Assembly: GCA_024695235.1 (NCBI GenBank)
Contig: JAILIP010000006.1
Coordinates: 7,378 to 71,377, forward strand
Source: Bacilli bacterium
Lineage (GTDB): Bacteria > Bacillota_I > Bacilli_A > RFN20 > CAG-826
Reading direction: 5' to 3'
DNA length: 64,000 nt
This document shows positions 35,271-45,513 of the stretch, piece by piece. The translations under genes and the position numbers were made by a program. Under the pieces are notes generated by a model. That model saw only the letters and a program-made list of their open reading frames with translations, had not been told where the DNA came from and searched no databases. Positions within the stretch are counted from its first letter, which is position 1; each line of letters starts with the position of its first letter.

Positions 35271-36707
35271 TTAGTAGGCTCTTGCGAAGAAGACAACCTT
35301 CTTAGCTTTTTTACCACAGACGAGACACTTGTCATCGAATGGGTTTTGTTCAAATGGAATACATCTTGCAGTAGCTTGATATAGCTCTTTAATTTTGTCT
35401 TCACATTCTCTTTCACCACACCACATGACTTTAGCGTATCCACCACGATCAAGGATTTCTCCAAGTTCTTTAATGGAATGAGCTTCTGTTGTGTGATCAA
35501 GAAGATATCTAAATGCTCTCTTATACATCTCATCATGAATGACTTCAAATAGATGTGGGATTTCCTTTAAAACATCTTCTTCTTTAACAGTCATCTTTGA
35601 TGAATCGTTACGTTTAGCGATGACGCATACTCCGTTAGCAATATCTCTTGGGCCAACTTCTAAGCGGAGTGGGACACCTTTCATTTCGTATTCAGAATAC
35701 TTCCATCCAGGTGATTTATCAGAATCATCGAGTTTAACACGAATACCAGCGGCTTTAAGCTTCTCATAGTATTCACGAGCTTTCTTCAAAACTTCCGGAT
35801 TTTTTTGTTGAATTGGAATGATGACTACTTGAGTAGGTGCAACATATGGAGGTAAGACAAGACCGTTATCATCACCATGAACCATGATGATAGCGCCTAG
35901 TAGTCTAGTAGAGACACCCCAACTTGTTTGATGAGGTGTTTCAAGCTTGTTATTCCTTCCAAGGAAGGAAATGCCAAAGGCTTTAGCGAATCCATCACCA
36001 AAATAGTGTGTTGTTCCACTTTGGAGAGCCTTGCCATCTGGCATTAAAGCCTCAATAGAATATGTCTCCACCGCTCCAGCGAATTTTTCTTTATCAGTTT
36101 TGATGCCTTTAACAAATGGGATAGCGAGCAAATCTCTTCCAACCGCATCATATATCTCAAGCATTCTTAAAGCGTCTTTTCTAGCTTCTTCTTCAGTTTC
36201 ATACATAGTATGACCTTCTTGCCAGAGGAATTCACTGCCACGAAGGAATGGACGAGTTGTCTTTTCCCAACGGACTACTGAACACCATTGGTTATATCTT
36301 TTTGGAAGATCACGATATGATTCGATGATTTTGGCGTAGTGTTCACAGAAAAGAGTTTCACTAGTTGGACGAATGATAAGAGGATCTTCAAGTTCATTCT
36401 TTCCACCTTGTGTGGCAATTAATGTTTCAGGAGCAAATCCTACGACGTGATCTTTTTCTTTTTGGAACAAAGAGGTTGGAATAACCATTGGGAGATAAAC
36501 GTTTTCCACTCCAACATCTTTGAATTTCTTATCCATATAATGTTGGATATTTTCCCATAAGGCGTATCCATAAGGACGATAGATAATAAAACCTTTAACG
36601 GATGAATAATCCATTAATTCGGCTTTGAGGCATACATCCGTATACCATTGAGCGAAATCGTCTTCTTGTCTTGTGATTGATTCGTTTTTATTATTCATAA
36701 TAAACAC
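35271..36707 (-). CDS. proS: Proline-tRNA ligase (archaeal/eukaryote-like short type)
   Basis: 478 aa, class II aaRS blocks, and a C-terminal Zn-binding region ending FARAY. Confidence 0.93.
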   Translation of the reverse strand: MFIMNNKNESITRQEDDFAQWYTDVCLKAELMDYSSVKGFIIYRPYGYALWENIQHYMDKKFKDVGVENVYLPMVIPTSLFQKEKDHVVGFAPETLIATQGGKNELEDPLIIRPTSETLFCEHYAKIIESYRDLPKRYNQWCSVVRWEKTTRPFLRGSEFLWQEGHTMYETEEEARKDALRMLEIYDAVGRDLLAIPFVKGIKTDKEKFAGAVETYSIEALMPDGKALQSGTTHYFGDGFAKAFGISFLGRNNKLETPHQTSWGVSTRLLGAIIMVHGDDNGLVLPPYVAPTQVVIIPIQQKNPEVLKKAREYYEKLKAAGIRVKLDDSDKSPGWKYSEYEMKGVPLRLEVGPRDIANGVCVIAKRNDSSKMTVKEEDVLKEIPHLFEVIHDEMYKRAFRYLLDHTTEAHSIKELGEILDRGGYAKVMWCGERECEDKIKELYQATARCIPFEQNPFDDKCLVCGKKAKKVVFFARAY

Positions 36708-36709
36708 CT

Positions 36710-38419
36710 CTACTTTTTGATATTTTTAATCTTGATTAAACTCTTTGATGGAAGCGGTAAGACATTTTCGGTAAACGGAGCGATGACATCACTACTAACT
36801 AAAGAGATACCTAATTTATAAATTAATTCGACTGTATCCCAGGAAGGAATATCGACAGCAATGATGGGTCGATGATACTTGAGTAATTGTTCAACCATGC
36901 TTCTAAAGGCAAGCAGAGAACGTTGCATGCTCTTATGGCCAATCTTGATTGAGTCATCAACATCAACGAAGAAGTAATCAAATACTTCGTATAAAGCACT
37001 TGGAAGTGCCATATCGTTATCATCAAGTTCTAATGCGACTTGATAACCACGAGATTTGAAGTTTCTGATTTCATTAATAGTTGAGATATTATCGGTGAGA
37101 TTTGATAACTCAGCTTCGCTGTAGACTAATACAATATGAATTGTTTTGATATTTGCAATGTGAGCAAATGTTCTATTAACATAGTGTCTTTCAAAGTTAT
37201 TAACTTGTAAGAACAAACGATGTGTTTCATTGCTCTTTTCTTGAGTATAACGAGTGATGATGTTTCTAGCGATTGTTGTAAACAATGCACGATCATCTTC
37301 TGTTCTAGCGGCATACGTCTTGAGTTCGTTAATTGATCCAAAGAATGAGTCAAGCGGAGTGACAGAAGATTGATAGCCAACGATTCTAGCTTTATCTAAA
37401 TCGATGATAGATCTGAACTTATAAGATAATTTCTTATCACGGATAATTCTTTCAACTTCAGTACGATATGTTTCATCGCCGTGAAGTGATTCCATATCTT
37501 TACCTTCTTCATACCAAATGATTGATTCATTATCATCTTTAGCAATATCAATAAGGGACACCAAAGTATCAACAAGTTTCTCTGGTTGTTGGACCATGTA
37601 CTTATTTTCAATCGCCGAGCAAACATAGTTAATTTGCTCTAATAATGATGAAATCATTAAATATGAGTTAATATCATTTTTAATTGAATTAACTAATTGA
37701 ACAAATTGGAGTCTATTGGATGCTTTAAAATCAGAGACAATGATTTGATGTTCACTAAGTTCGATGATTAGTCTATTTGGGAGAATATATCTTTTGAAGA
37801 TATTTTTAATTTGAGCAAATACCAAGAAAGAAATTTGATCGTTGTTACGAATATTAAAGAAATCAAATGCAACAGTGTATCCCTTGGATGCTGATGCAGA
37901 AGATAAATATGTGTTAAAGGCATCAAGCGATGAAAAGTGGGTGGCAACATCCTTTTTAGCTTTTCTAACGTTTGTGGATTTTAATAGATACGAATCAAGA
38001 CGGATAATCTTCTTTTCAAAGTTCACATCTTTCACTTCTAAAAATGAGAAGAAACGTTGTTTTCTATGTTTTGATACAACATGTATTTCTTTGAATTTTT
38101 GAACATCGCGATCATCGTTTGCTAAGGCATTAATCCATTCAATTAAATCTTCTCTTTCGTCAGATGGGAAATGTTCATAGAACTGTAACAAAGAGATTGT
38201 ATTTCTTTTTCTAAGATTGGAACGGTTGAAAAACGAAACGATTTCATTTTCTAGATCAACCGTATAAATACGAATTGAGTTAGAAGCATCTTTCATTTGA
38301 GCAGCATAATACTTTTCATGCTTGAAAGTTAAACCAAAAAGAAGGGCGATAGTTATAATTGCAAGGGCTGTTAAAACAATCACCACAATTATTAGAATAT
38401 TTAGCACATTCTCAAACAT
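36710..38419 (-). CDS. Membrane-anchored protein with degenerate GGDEF-like and degenerate EAL-like domains
   Basis: N-terminal TM helix. GGDEF position reads LSEHQ. The EAL block FRSIIDLDKARIVGYQSSV has QSS for EAL, ELDDNDMA for DDFG, and IAVDIP for AEGVE. Start set at the ATG at 38419, with TATAAT 7 nt upstream. Confidence 0.6.
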   Translation of the reverse strand: MFENVLNILIIVVIVLTALAIITIALLFGLTFKHEKYYAAQMKDASNSIRIYTVDLENEIVSFFNRSNLRKRNTISLLQFYEHFPSDEREDLIEWINALANDDRDVQKFKEIHVVSKHRKQRFFSFLEVKDVNFEKKIIRLDSYLLKSTNVRKAKKDVATHFSSLDAFNTYLSSASASKGYTVAFDFFNIRNNDQISFLVFAQIKNIFKRYILPNRLIIELSEHQIIVSDFKASNRLQFVQLVNSIKNDINSYLMISSLLEQINYVCSAIENKYMVQQPEKLVDTLVSLIDIAKDDNESIIWYEEGKDMESLHGDETYRTEVERIIRDKKLSYKFRSIIDLDKARIVGYQSSVTPLDSFFGSINELKTYAARTEDDRALFTTIARNIITRYTQEKSNETHRLFLQVNNFERHYVNRTFAHIANIKTIHIVLVYSEAELSNLTDNISTINEIRNFKSRGYQVALELDDNDMALPSALYEVFDYFFVDVDDSIKIGHKSMQRSLLAFRSMVEQLLKYHRPIIAVDIPSWDTVELIYKLGISLVSSDVIAPFTENVLPLPSKSLIKIKNIKK

Positions 38420-38561
38420 ATGCTTAATTATACAATTACACGCGAAGATATACAACGTATGTTTTCAAAAATAACTCTCACAAATCAAAGATTTATTTTC
38501 TTATCATCTCAAACGTTAGCGTATACAACTCAAGATAGTGTTATGCTATAATTTTAAGCAC

Positions 38562-38652
38562 GGAGGAATACCCAAGCGGCTGAAGGGGTTGGTTTCGAAA
38601 ACCGATAGTAGGCGCAAGCTTAGCGGGGGTTCAAATCCCTCTTCCTCCGCCA
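38562..38652 (+). tRNA. tRNA-Ser(CGA)
   Basis: Acceptor GGAGGAA/TTCCTCC, anticodon loop TTCGAAA, long variable arm, encoded CCA. TGCTATAAT promoter upstream. Confidence 0.9.
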
Positions 38653-38653
38653 T

Positions 38654-38688
38654 TAAAAATAAATCCCACACATGTGGGATATTTTTTA
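38654..38688. terminator. Bidirectional terminator (tRNA-Ser / yitT)
   Basis: Palindrome ATCCCACA CATG TGTGGGAT flanked by an A-run and a T-run. Confidence 0.75.
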
Positions 38689-39717
38689 TTTAACTGGTTT
38701 AATGTAGAATCTTCCAACGACTTGTTGAAGGCTTGTCACATTCACAAAGCTTTCTGGATCAATTTCTTTGATGAATTCTATGACATTCTTTAACTCATAC
38801 GTAGAGACGACAAGATACACAAGGATACGCTCTTTTCCTGAGTATGCACCTGTTGCTTTAACAACTGTTGCACCATGAGGAATGTTGGCGAGCAATAATC
38901 TTGGCAAATCTGGGTTCTCAGTATTGATTTGAACTTGGACTTTTTTATTACGAACGTTGATTAAATCAACGATAGTCATAGTTTCAATTAGATATATGAG
39001 TGAGAATAGAACACCACAAATAGCGCCTACCCAAGAGGTATATTCACCACTAATCAAGACGATTGGATTACCCCTAATTCCGGTGAGGAAATAGAATGAA
39101 GAAATGATAACGCCATTGATGATTGCGATATATGGTCCTGTAGCTGTAGATTTGCGGAGAGAAATATAGTAAGAAACAATATCAAAACCACCAGCGGAAG
39201 AATCAATTTTGAAAGCAATTGCAGAACTAAGACCAGTGCATAAACCAGCAAAGAGGGCTCTAGCTAAAAGTCCGCCATTGCTATTGATGAAATATGCAAC
39301 TTGTTCAAAGAATTGTCCTTGCATAACATTAGAGAAGATAAATACGGAACCAACATTTACAATAGTAAATATTGCAAACCTTTTACCAATACCAATGAAT
39401 GCCAAAACAATTAATGGAATATTGATTGCTAAATAGCAAAGAGAGAATAGTAAGTTTGATGACTTAGAATTAAGGTGAACACCACACATTTCTAAGGCCA
39501 ATGCAAATGTCTGAGCAAGACCACTTGAACCACCACTAACAAGATCGGGAATGCCTTCAAGGCCTGGCTTCATAAAACAGACAATGCCAAAAGCAAATAT
39601 TGCAGCGCTTAAAACAGATAAAAGAAATGCAATACCATACTCAAGGATATATTTGAGCCAAAGGTGGTTATATAGGAACGAATCTACTTTTCTTTTTAAT
39701 GTCTTGCGCTTGTTCAT
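38686..39717 (-). CDS. YitT-family membrane protein (DUF2179 C-terminal domain)
   Basis: Polytopic N-terminal part plus the C-terminal soluble domain typical of YitT. Start set at the ATG at 39717; the track start at 39747 is TTG. Confidence 0.75.
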   Translation of the reverse strand: MNKRKTLKRKVDSFLYNHLWLKYILEYGIAFLLSVLSAAIFAFGIVCFMKPGLEGIPDLVSGGSSGLAQTFALALEMCGVHLNSKSSNLLFSLCYLAINIPLIVLAFIGIGKRFAIFTIVNVGSVFIFSNVMQGQFFEQVAYFINSNGGLLARALFAGLCTGLSSAIAFKIDSSAGGFDIVSYYISLRKSTATGPYIAIINGVIISSFYFLTGIRGNPIVLISGEYTSWVGAICGVLFSLIYLIETMTIVDLINVRNKKVQVQINTENPDLPRLLLANIPHGATVVKATGAYSGKERILVYLVVSTYELKNVIEFIKEIDPESFVNVTSLQQVVGRFYIKPVK

Positions 39718-39850
39718 GCTAGAAATAATTATACTCTCGCTATTCAAAAAGAAAAGCGTTATTAAATCAATAAATTTAATATGTCCTTGCGCTTGATAGA
39801 TATATCTTATTTAGATATAATATGTGCGACCTTGAAAAAGGAGAATTGTT

Positions 39851-40819
39851 ATGAAAAAAATCGCAAAAATATTACCTTTATTTGCCGCATTGCCATTAAT
39901 GGCAGGTTGTAGCTCAAACAAAGTGAAAACAATTGAATTCCAAAACAATGGTTCTCAACTTGAATTTGAAGCATTTAAAGAGGCAATTGAAGAAGTTAAA
40001 TTAGAAAACGAATTCTATAAAGAAAGCGATAGTGTTCTTCGTCCAATGATTAAGACAACTTATCGTGCAAATACAAGTATAATCGATAACCGTCGTAATG
40101 ACAAAATTATCTCTCAAAGCGATGAGCAAAAAATCACCAATTTGCAAGATAAATACGACACATCTTCTCTAGTTTCTCAATCAACAGAAGTTGAACATAG
40201 TTCAAAGAGTGCAAAAGATAGTTACGGCAGAAGCTCATCTTCCGCCTCATCTAAAAAGATCAATGGCCTTCAAAGAACTTTCCATGGCGAGCACGTCTAT
40301 TTTGCCTCTGTTGACCATATTAGAAAAGAATATGGTCCATATCAAATTATCGATGGTGACCATAAGGCCGAAGATGTCTTTGAAAACTGGATCAAATTCG
40401 GTGCAAGAAGCTCAGTTAAAGAATTCGAATTACACGAATATGTCGGAGAGGACGAAGAAGAAGCAAAACGTTACACCTACTATCGTAACGAAAATGTCTT
40501 CACAATCGAATATTCTCTCGACGAGGAAGAAGAATTCAAATCCACAGTTGGAGAAGAAGAATTGGTTGATTATGTAATATCAACAAATATTCGTCACAAA
40601 TATCAAATCGACTTCTCTAATGGTCGCTTCTCATATAAGTGTAGCGAAGAAGATAATATCACCACTTCATACAAAAGATCATACGATCAACACATCATTG
40701 GTGACACGCTTAACACAAGCGATAAGAATTACGCAAACGTGTCATTCGAAACAGGTGATGTGAAGCTCAAAGAAACTGATTTAAGCAAATACGTTAAGAT
40801 TGGTTTCCCACAAGACTAA
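39851..40819 (+). CDS. Hypothetical lipoprotein
   Basis: Signal peptide with lipobox LMAGC, AAAGGAG RBS, and an acidic soluble domain of unknown family. Confidence 0.7.
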   Translation: MKKIAKILPLFAALPLMAGCSSNKVKTIEFQNNGSQLEFEAFKEAIEEVKLENEFYKESDSVLRPMIKTTYRANTSIIDNRRNDKIISQSDEQKITNLQDKYDTSSLVSQSTEVEHSSKSAKDSYGRSSSSASSKKINGLQRTFHGEHVYFASVDHIRKEYGPYQIIDGDHKAEDVFENWIKFGARSSVKEFELHEYVGEDEEEAKRYTYYRNENVFTIEYSLDEEEEFKSTVGEEELVDYVISTNIRHKYQIDFSNGRFSYKCSEEDNITTSYKRSYDQHIIGDTLNTSDKNYANVSFETGDVKLKETDLSKYVKIGFPQD

Positions 40820-40840
40820 ATTAATTCATTAATTTAAATT

Positions 40841-40865
40841 GGTTAGGTTAAACGCCTAACCTTTT
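40841..40865 (+). terminator. Intrinsic terminator after the lipoprotein gene
   Basis: Stem GGTTAGG / CCTAACC followed by TTTT. Confidence 0.65.
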
Positions 40866-40968
40866 AAAATTTCCAGATTAGGAAATTATAAATTGAAATA
40901 AAATGTTGTTGAATCTATATTTATATAGTGTTAAAATTGACAAGCAATCTATAAAAGGAGATAGGAAA

Positions 40969-41736
40969 ATGGCAGTATTAAGAGCAATAGGAGCATTCTT
41001 CGCCAAGATATGGCGATGGATTAAGGAAACCGCATGGGTTCAACCTCTTTTAATTGTTGGAATTATTTTCGGCCTAATTTTCTCTATCAAACCTATCGTA
41101 GATGGATTCAACAAACTTGCTGAAAAGAAGAGCTCTGCTGAAACCTACTACTACAAGTTCCAACAAAGCTTAGTCAATGGTACTGATAGCGACGCTGACA
41201 AACTCACCAATGCCATTTGGAGCGGAGTTGAAGGCGACGCTGAAAGTGTCAAAGCCAATTACGGAGAAAAGTTCTTCCTCGCATATGTGAGTGAGTCCTG
41301 CTCTTCTTGTAAAGAAGCTAAAGGTGGTTTTGAAACTCTTGAAGAACACTTCGAAGATACATTCAAACCAAACGATGGCTTACCATTTAAGATGTACACC
41401 ATCTTCTCTGATGAAGTCACAAGTGACACAACCAATGAACAAACAGCATTCGTCCAATATATGGATCGTAAATCATACTTCTTCGAAGAAGCTGCTTCTG
41501 CTGGATATAACTCAGATTACTTCCTCAATGGCAAAATCTCCGAAAGTGATTTACAAACTGTTGAATCATGTGACCCAGAAAACTTCTTAACACCAACTAT
41601 CCTCCTTGTAGATTTTACTGGTAGTAATTCAGGTATTACAGAAGTTATGTTCGGGGTTACCGGTGACAACGATTATTCTAAAGCTGAAACGCTTCTTGAT
41701 TGTTGGAACCATGAAGGCGATTTCGTCCTCAAATAA
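40969..41736 (+). CDS. N-terminally membrane-anchored thioredoxin-fold-like protein (CSSC motif)
   Basis: One TM helix, then FFLAYVSESCSSCKEAK (CxxC) and a later TPTILLVD (cis-Pro-like). Start at the ATG at 40969, preceded by AAAGGAG. Confidence 0.5.
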   Translation: MAVLRAIGAFFAKIWRWIKETAWVQPLLIVGIIFGLIFSIKPIVDGFNKLAEKKSSAETYYYKFQQSLVNGTDSDADKLTNAIWSGVEGDAESVKANYGEKFFLAYVSESCSSCKEAKGGFETLEEHFEDTFKPNDGLPFKMYTIFSDEVTSDTTNEQTAFVQYMDRKSYFFEEAASAGYNSDYFLNGKISESDLQTVESCDPENFLTPTILLVDFTGSNSGITEVMFGVTGDNDYSKAETLLDCWNHEGDFVLK

Positions 41737-41740
41737 TCTT

Positions 41741-41769
41741 AAAAAGCTAGCATTCGTTGCTAGCTTTTA
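41741..41769. terminator. Bidirectional terminator
   Basis: Stem AGCTAGCA / TGCTAGCT flanked by A4 and T4, between convergent genes. Confidence 0.75.
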
Positions 41770-41781
41770 TTTATAACAATG

Positions 41782-42258
41782 TTATTTTCTCTTGTAAGCT
41801 TTTAAAACGGCTTCCGGAACTAATTTAGAGATATCTACTCCACTACTATATAGTTCATTAACGGCTGACGATGAGATGAAGCTTGTTTCAGCGTGGCTCA
41901 TGAAGAATATCTCATCAATGCTTGGATCGATATATTCATTAGCTGCTGAGATCTTGAATTCATATTCAAAGTCAGTGACCGCTCTTAGACCACGGATGAG
42001 GCACACTGCTCCAACCTTTTTAGCGTATTTCACAGTGAGTCCAGTTGTTGAATCAACTTCAACATTTTTCATTCCTTTGGTTGCTTCTTTGATAATTTCA
42101 ACTCTTTCAGACATTGAAAAGACACATTTCTTTTCTGGGTTGTCTGCTACTAAGACGATGACTTTATCAAAAACCTTAAGTGATCTTTTTAAAACATCAA
42201 GATGACCATTGGTAATTGGATCAAAACTTCCAGGATATACAGCAATTCTCATAATCAT
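41782..42258 (-). CDS. coaD: Phosphopantetheine adenylyltransferase
   Basis: 158 aa with motif YPGSFDPITNGH. ATGA overlap with rsmD. Confidence 0.93.
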   Translation of the reverse strand: MIMRIAVYPGSFDPITNGHLDVLKRSLKVFDKVIVLVADNPEKKCVFSMSERVEIIKEATKGMKNVEVDSTTGLTVKYAKKVGAVCLIRGLRAVTDFEYEFKISAANEYIDPSIDEIFFMSHAETSFISSSAVNELYSSGVDISKLVPEAVLKAYKRK

Positions 42259-42785
42259 TTCCTCAATATATAGGCTTTAGCAAGTCCATATTTATACATC
42301 TTCACTTTAGCGAACTTAGTTTCATCAAGCGAAAGAATATCTTCGCTTTCTAAAACAATTATACCATTATCGGTTAATAGATTTCTTTTTAGTATGAGAT
42401 CCACCACTTCGTTATAACAATTTAGCTTATATGGAGGATCAACAAATATTAGATCATACTTTTCACTTGTCTCATTTAAAAATGAGAGTACATCACGCAT
42501 ATGTACGGACACGTTAACATTTAAATTATTAGCGTTAGATTTAATGCATTGAACTTGCTCATAGCCCTTATCCACGAATGTTGCAGATTTAGCTCCACGT
42601 GATAAGGCTTCAAAGCCATAGCTTCCGCAGCCTGCGAAGAGATCTAAAACATAGGCATTGTTCACTCGATCAGCGATAGCTGAAAACACTCCAAGTCTAA
42701 CTTTATCCATTGTCGGTTTAGTTAGAGTGGAATCTGGTGTTTTAAGTAAACGTGAACGAAATGTTCCTGATGTAATTCTAATCAC
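42255..42785 (-). CDS. rsmD: 16S rRNA (guanine966-N2)-methyltransferase
   Basis: RITSGTFRSRLL N-terminus, SAM motif DLFAGCGS, and VDPPY. Start is probably the GTG at 42785, which overlaps the upstream stop. The track ATG at 42818 would overlap the upstream gene by 41 nt. Confidence 0.85.
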   Translation of the reverse strand: MIRITSGTFRSRLLKTPDSTLTKPTMDKVRLGVFSAIADRVNNAYVLDLFAGCGSYGFEALSRGAKSATFVDKGYEQVQCIKSNANNLNVNVSVHMRDVLSFLNETSEKYDLIFVDPPYKLNCYNEVVDLILKRNLLTDNGIIVLESEDILSLDETKFAKVKMYKYGLAKAYILRK

Positions 42786-43140
42786 AGAAAGTACCTCTAT
42801 TTTTGATGAGACTATCAAACAATTCTTGATTGATTTTATTATATAAAAGTCTCACTTGTTTATATGCATCATTGTATTCTTTCACTAAAGGATGTAAATC
42901 GAGATTCTTCTTTGCTTCATATAGAGCTTTTTGAGCGTTTCTAACTTCTTGTGAATCTTCTTTAAAATGCTTTAATGCATCTTCAAAGTTCACTAAAGCA
43001 ACATCCTTTTTATATGACAAAGTCATAACCTCTTCGTTTGAGCTAAGTTTTTTATCAAGTTCATTCAAGCGAACGACTCTAGGATCATTATTGATACTCT
43101 CTTTAAGAGTTATGATTTTTTCATTTAGTGAAGAATTCAT
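42778..43140 (-). CDS. YlbF/YmcA-family (UPF0342) protein
   Basis: 120-aa helical protein at the conserved Firmicutes position upstream of rsmD-coaD. Confidence 0.6.
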   Translation of the reverse strand: MNSSLNEKIITLKESINNDPRVVRLNELDKKLSSNEEVMTLSYKKDVALVNFEDALKHFKEDSQEVRNAQKALYEAKKNLDLHPLVKEYNDAYKQVRLLYNKINQELFDSLIKNRGTFCD

Positions 43141-43186
43141 ATGTAAATATTATCAAATTTGTATCCTTTATGATACAATCACATTT

Positions 43187-43747
43187 ATGAAAAAGTTTTT
43201 CAAGATTGTTAACGATAGTGCAAAGTCTCTTAGAGCAAGAAGCGTCGAGGTTAATGAGATCACTCAAGAATATATCGATTTACTCAATGAGATGCATGAC
43301 TACTTAGTCGCCAGCCAAGACGAAGAGATTTCTGAAAAGTATCATCTTCGTGAAGGTGTAGGTTTAGCAGCACCTCAAATCGGAAAGAATATCCGCGCAC
43401 TTGTTGTTTATTACAAAACAACAGACGCTGAAGGGAATGAGGTAGTTGTTGACCATAGACTTATCAATCCTAAAGTAATTTCTGAAAGTGTTAAGTTGGC
43501 TTATCTTGCTAACGGAGAAGGCTGCCTCTCAGTTAACGATGAACATAACGGATATGTTTATCGCAAAAACAAAATCATTGTTAAAGCCTATGAGGTCAAA
43601 GAGAAAAAAGAGGTTATCATCACCGCTTATGGATATGAAGCAATTGTCCTTCAACATGAGCTTGATCATCTCAATGGTGTGCTCTTTTATGACCACATTG
43701 ATAAAAAAGATCCATTCAAGGTAATTGATGGTTCAGTTAGATTATAA
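43187..43747 (+). CDS. def: Peptide deformylase
   Basis: Motifs GVGLAAPQIG, EGCLS, QHELDHLNG. Start at the ATG at 43187; the track start at 43091 is TTG. Confidence 0.93.
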   Translation: MKKFFKIVNDSAKSLRARSVEVNEITQEYIDLLNEMHDYLVASQDEEISEKYHLREGVGLAAPQIGKNIRALVVYYKTTDAEGNEVVVDHRLINPKVISESVKLAYLANGEGCLSVNDEHNGYVYRKNKIIVKAYEVKEKKEVIITAYGYEAIVLQHELDHLNGVLFYDHIDKKDPFKVIDGSVRL

Positions 43748-43854
43748 TCTTGCTTGAGCAAGATTTTTTCTTATATTTGACATTGAATTATATTTTAAAT
43801 ATAATGCATTTAGAAAATATCAACGAAGATAATTCGTCAATATTGGAGGCTAAT

Positions 43855-45513
43855 ATGGATTCGCCTATATCTATTTATGCTTTAGGAGGTCTCTGTGAAG
43901 TCGGGAAAAACACCTACTGTCTTGAAAGTGATGATTCTATCATCATTATTGATGCCGGGGTCATGTTCCCACCTGCAGATATTCCTGGTGTAAGCTATGT
44001 GGTTCCTGATTACACAAAACTAAAATCAGCTCGTCAAAAAGTAAAAGCATTATTTATCACCCATGGTCATGAAGACCACATTGGTGGTATTCCTTTTCTA
44101 GTACAAAACTTACACATTCCAGTAATATACGCCCCAAGATTAGCAGCCGCTCTAATTAAACATAAATTAGAAGATATGCGCATTAAAGAAGAAGTTAAAA
44201 TCGTTGAATATGACCAAGACTCCGTTATTAATGTTGATATTTTTAAAGTTTCATTCTTCTATGTGACTCACTCAATTCCAGATGCTTATGGCATCTGCAT
44301 TGATACCCCACAAGGTAGAATCGTCCATACTGGAGACTTCAAAATTGATTTAACTCCAGTAGGTCACGAAATCGAACTAACAAAAATTGCCATGATTGGT
44401 AAAGAAGGTGTTGACCTACTTCTAAGTGACTCAACCAATGCTGAAATAGAAGGATACACTCCAAGCGAGACAAATGTTCTTAAATCAATTAGAGAAATAT
44501 TTGAAGCTACTCCGGGAAGACTTATTCTTTCAACATTCTCATCGAATATTTCACGTATTCAACAAATTATTCAAGTTGCTTTGGAATTCAATAGATACAT
44601 CGCCATCATCGGTCGTAGCATGGAAAACGTTGTTCAACTTGCTAGAGACTTTGGCTATATCAAGATTCCTGATAAGAGAATTATTCCAGTAAGTGAAATA
44701 CGTAATTATAAGTTAAATGAAATATGTATTCTTTGTACTGGTTCACAAGGTGAACCAATGGCAGCCTTAAGCAGAATCGCTAATGGCGAGCACAAAGATT
44801 TAACAATCTTCCCAGGAGATACAGTCGTCTTCTCTAGTAGTGCTATTCCAGGAAATGCCATTTTCATTGATAGAATCGTTAACCAACTCACCCGTAAAGG
44901 TGCTGAGGTTATGACTAATTCTGTCTTATATGCTGTTCACTCTTCTGGACATCCATCAAAGCAAGAACTACGCTTGATGCTCAAACTCATGAATCCAAAA
45001 TATTTCATGCCTATTCACGGTGAATATCGTATGCTTAAGATTCATGGTCAAATCGCTGAGTCTTTAGGCGTGCCTAAAGAAAATATCTTCATTATGAATA
45101 ATGGAGATACCATTAAGCTTTTAAAACACAAGATCACAACCGGAACAAGTTTCCCTGCCGATCCAGTCTATATTGATGGCAGAGATATCGGTGGCCTTGA
45201 TAGTGCAGTTATCCGTGATAGAGCAAAACTTAAAAGTGATGGCCTTATCTCAATAAGCGTTTCTATTGATTCAAAATCCGGCAAAGTAATTTCTGAGCCG
45301 ATCGTTATCACACGTGCTTTCTCGTTTGAAGACAAGCAAATCGTTGATGAAATCAAAGATGTTGTAAAAGAAAAGCTTGATCAAATTGTTTCTACTCATG
45401 CAACATTTGCCCAAATCAAGACCGCAATTAAGAATGATGTAAGTCAATTTATTAAACGTAAAACAGAAAGGGAACCAATGGTCGTCCCAGTGGTTATGGA
45501 CCTTGTACAATGA
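43855..45513 (+). CDS. rnj: Ribonuclease J
   Basis: Metallo-beta-lactamase/beta-CASP with HGHEDHIGG. Start at the ATG at 43855, preceded by GGAGG. Confidence 0.93.
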   Translation: MDSPISIYALGGLCEVGKNTYCLESDDSIIIIDAGVMFPPADIPGVSYVVPDYTKLKSARQKVKALFITHGHEDHIGGIPFLVQNLHIPVIYAPRLAAALIKHKLEDMRIKEEVKIVEYDQDSVINVDIFKVSFFYVTHSIPDAYGICIDTPQGRIVHTGDFKIDLTPVGHEIELTKIAMIGKEGVDLLLSDSTNAEIEGYTPSETNVLKSIREIFEATPGRLILSTFSSNISRIQQIIQVALEFNRYIAIIGRSMENVVQLARDFGYIKIPDKRIIPVSEIRNYKLNEICILCTGSQGEPMAALSRIANGEHKDLTIFPGDTVVFSSSAIPGNAIFIDRIVNQLTRKGAEVMTNSVLYAVHSSGHPSKQELRLMLKLMNPKYFMPIHGEYRMLKIHGQIAESLGVPKENIFIMNNGDTIKLLKHKITTGTSFPADPVYIDGRDIGGLDSAVIRDRAKLKSDGLISISVSIDSKSGKVISEPIVITRAFSFEDKQIVDEIKDVVKEKLDQIVSTHATFAQIKTAIKNDVSQFIKRKTEREPMVVPVVMDLVQ

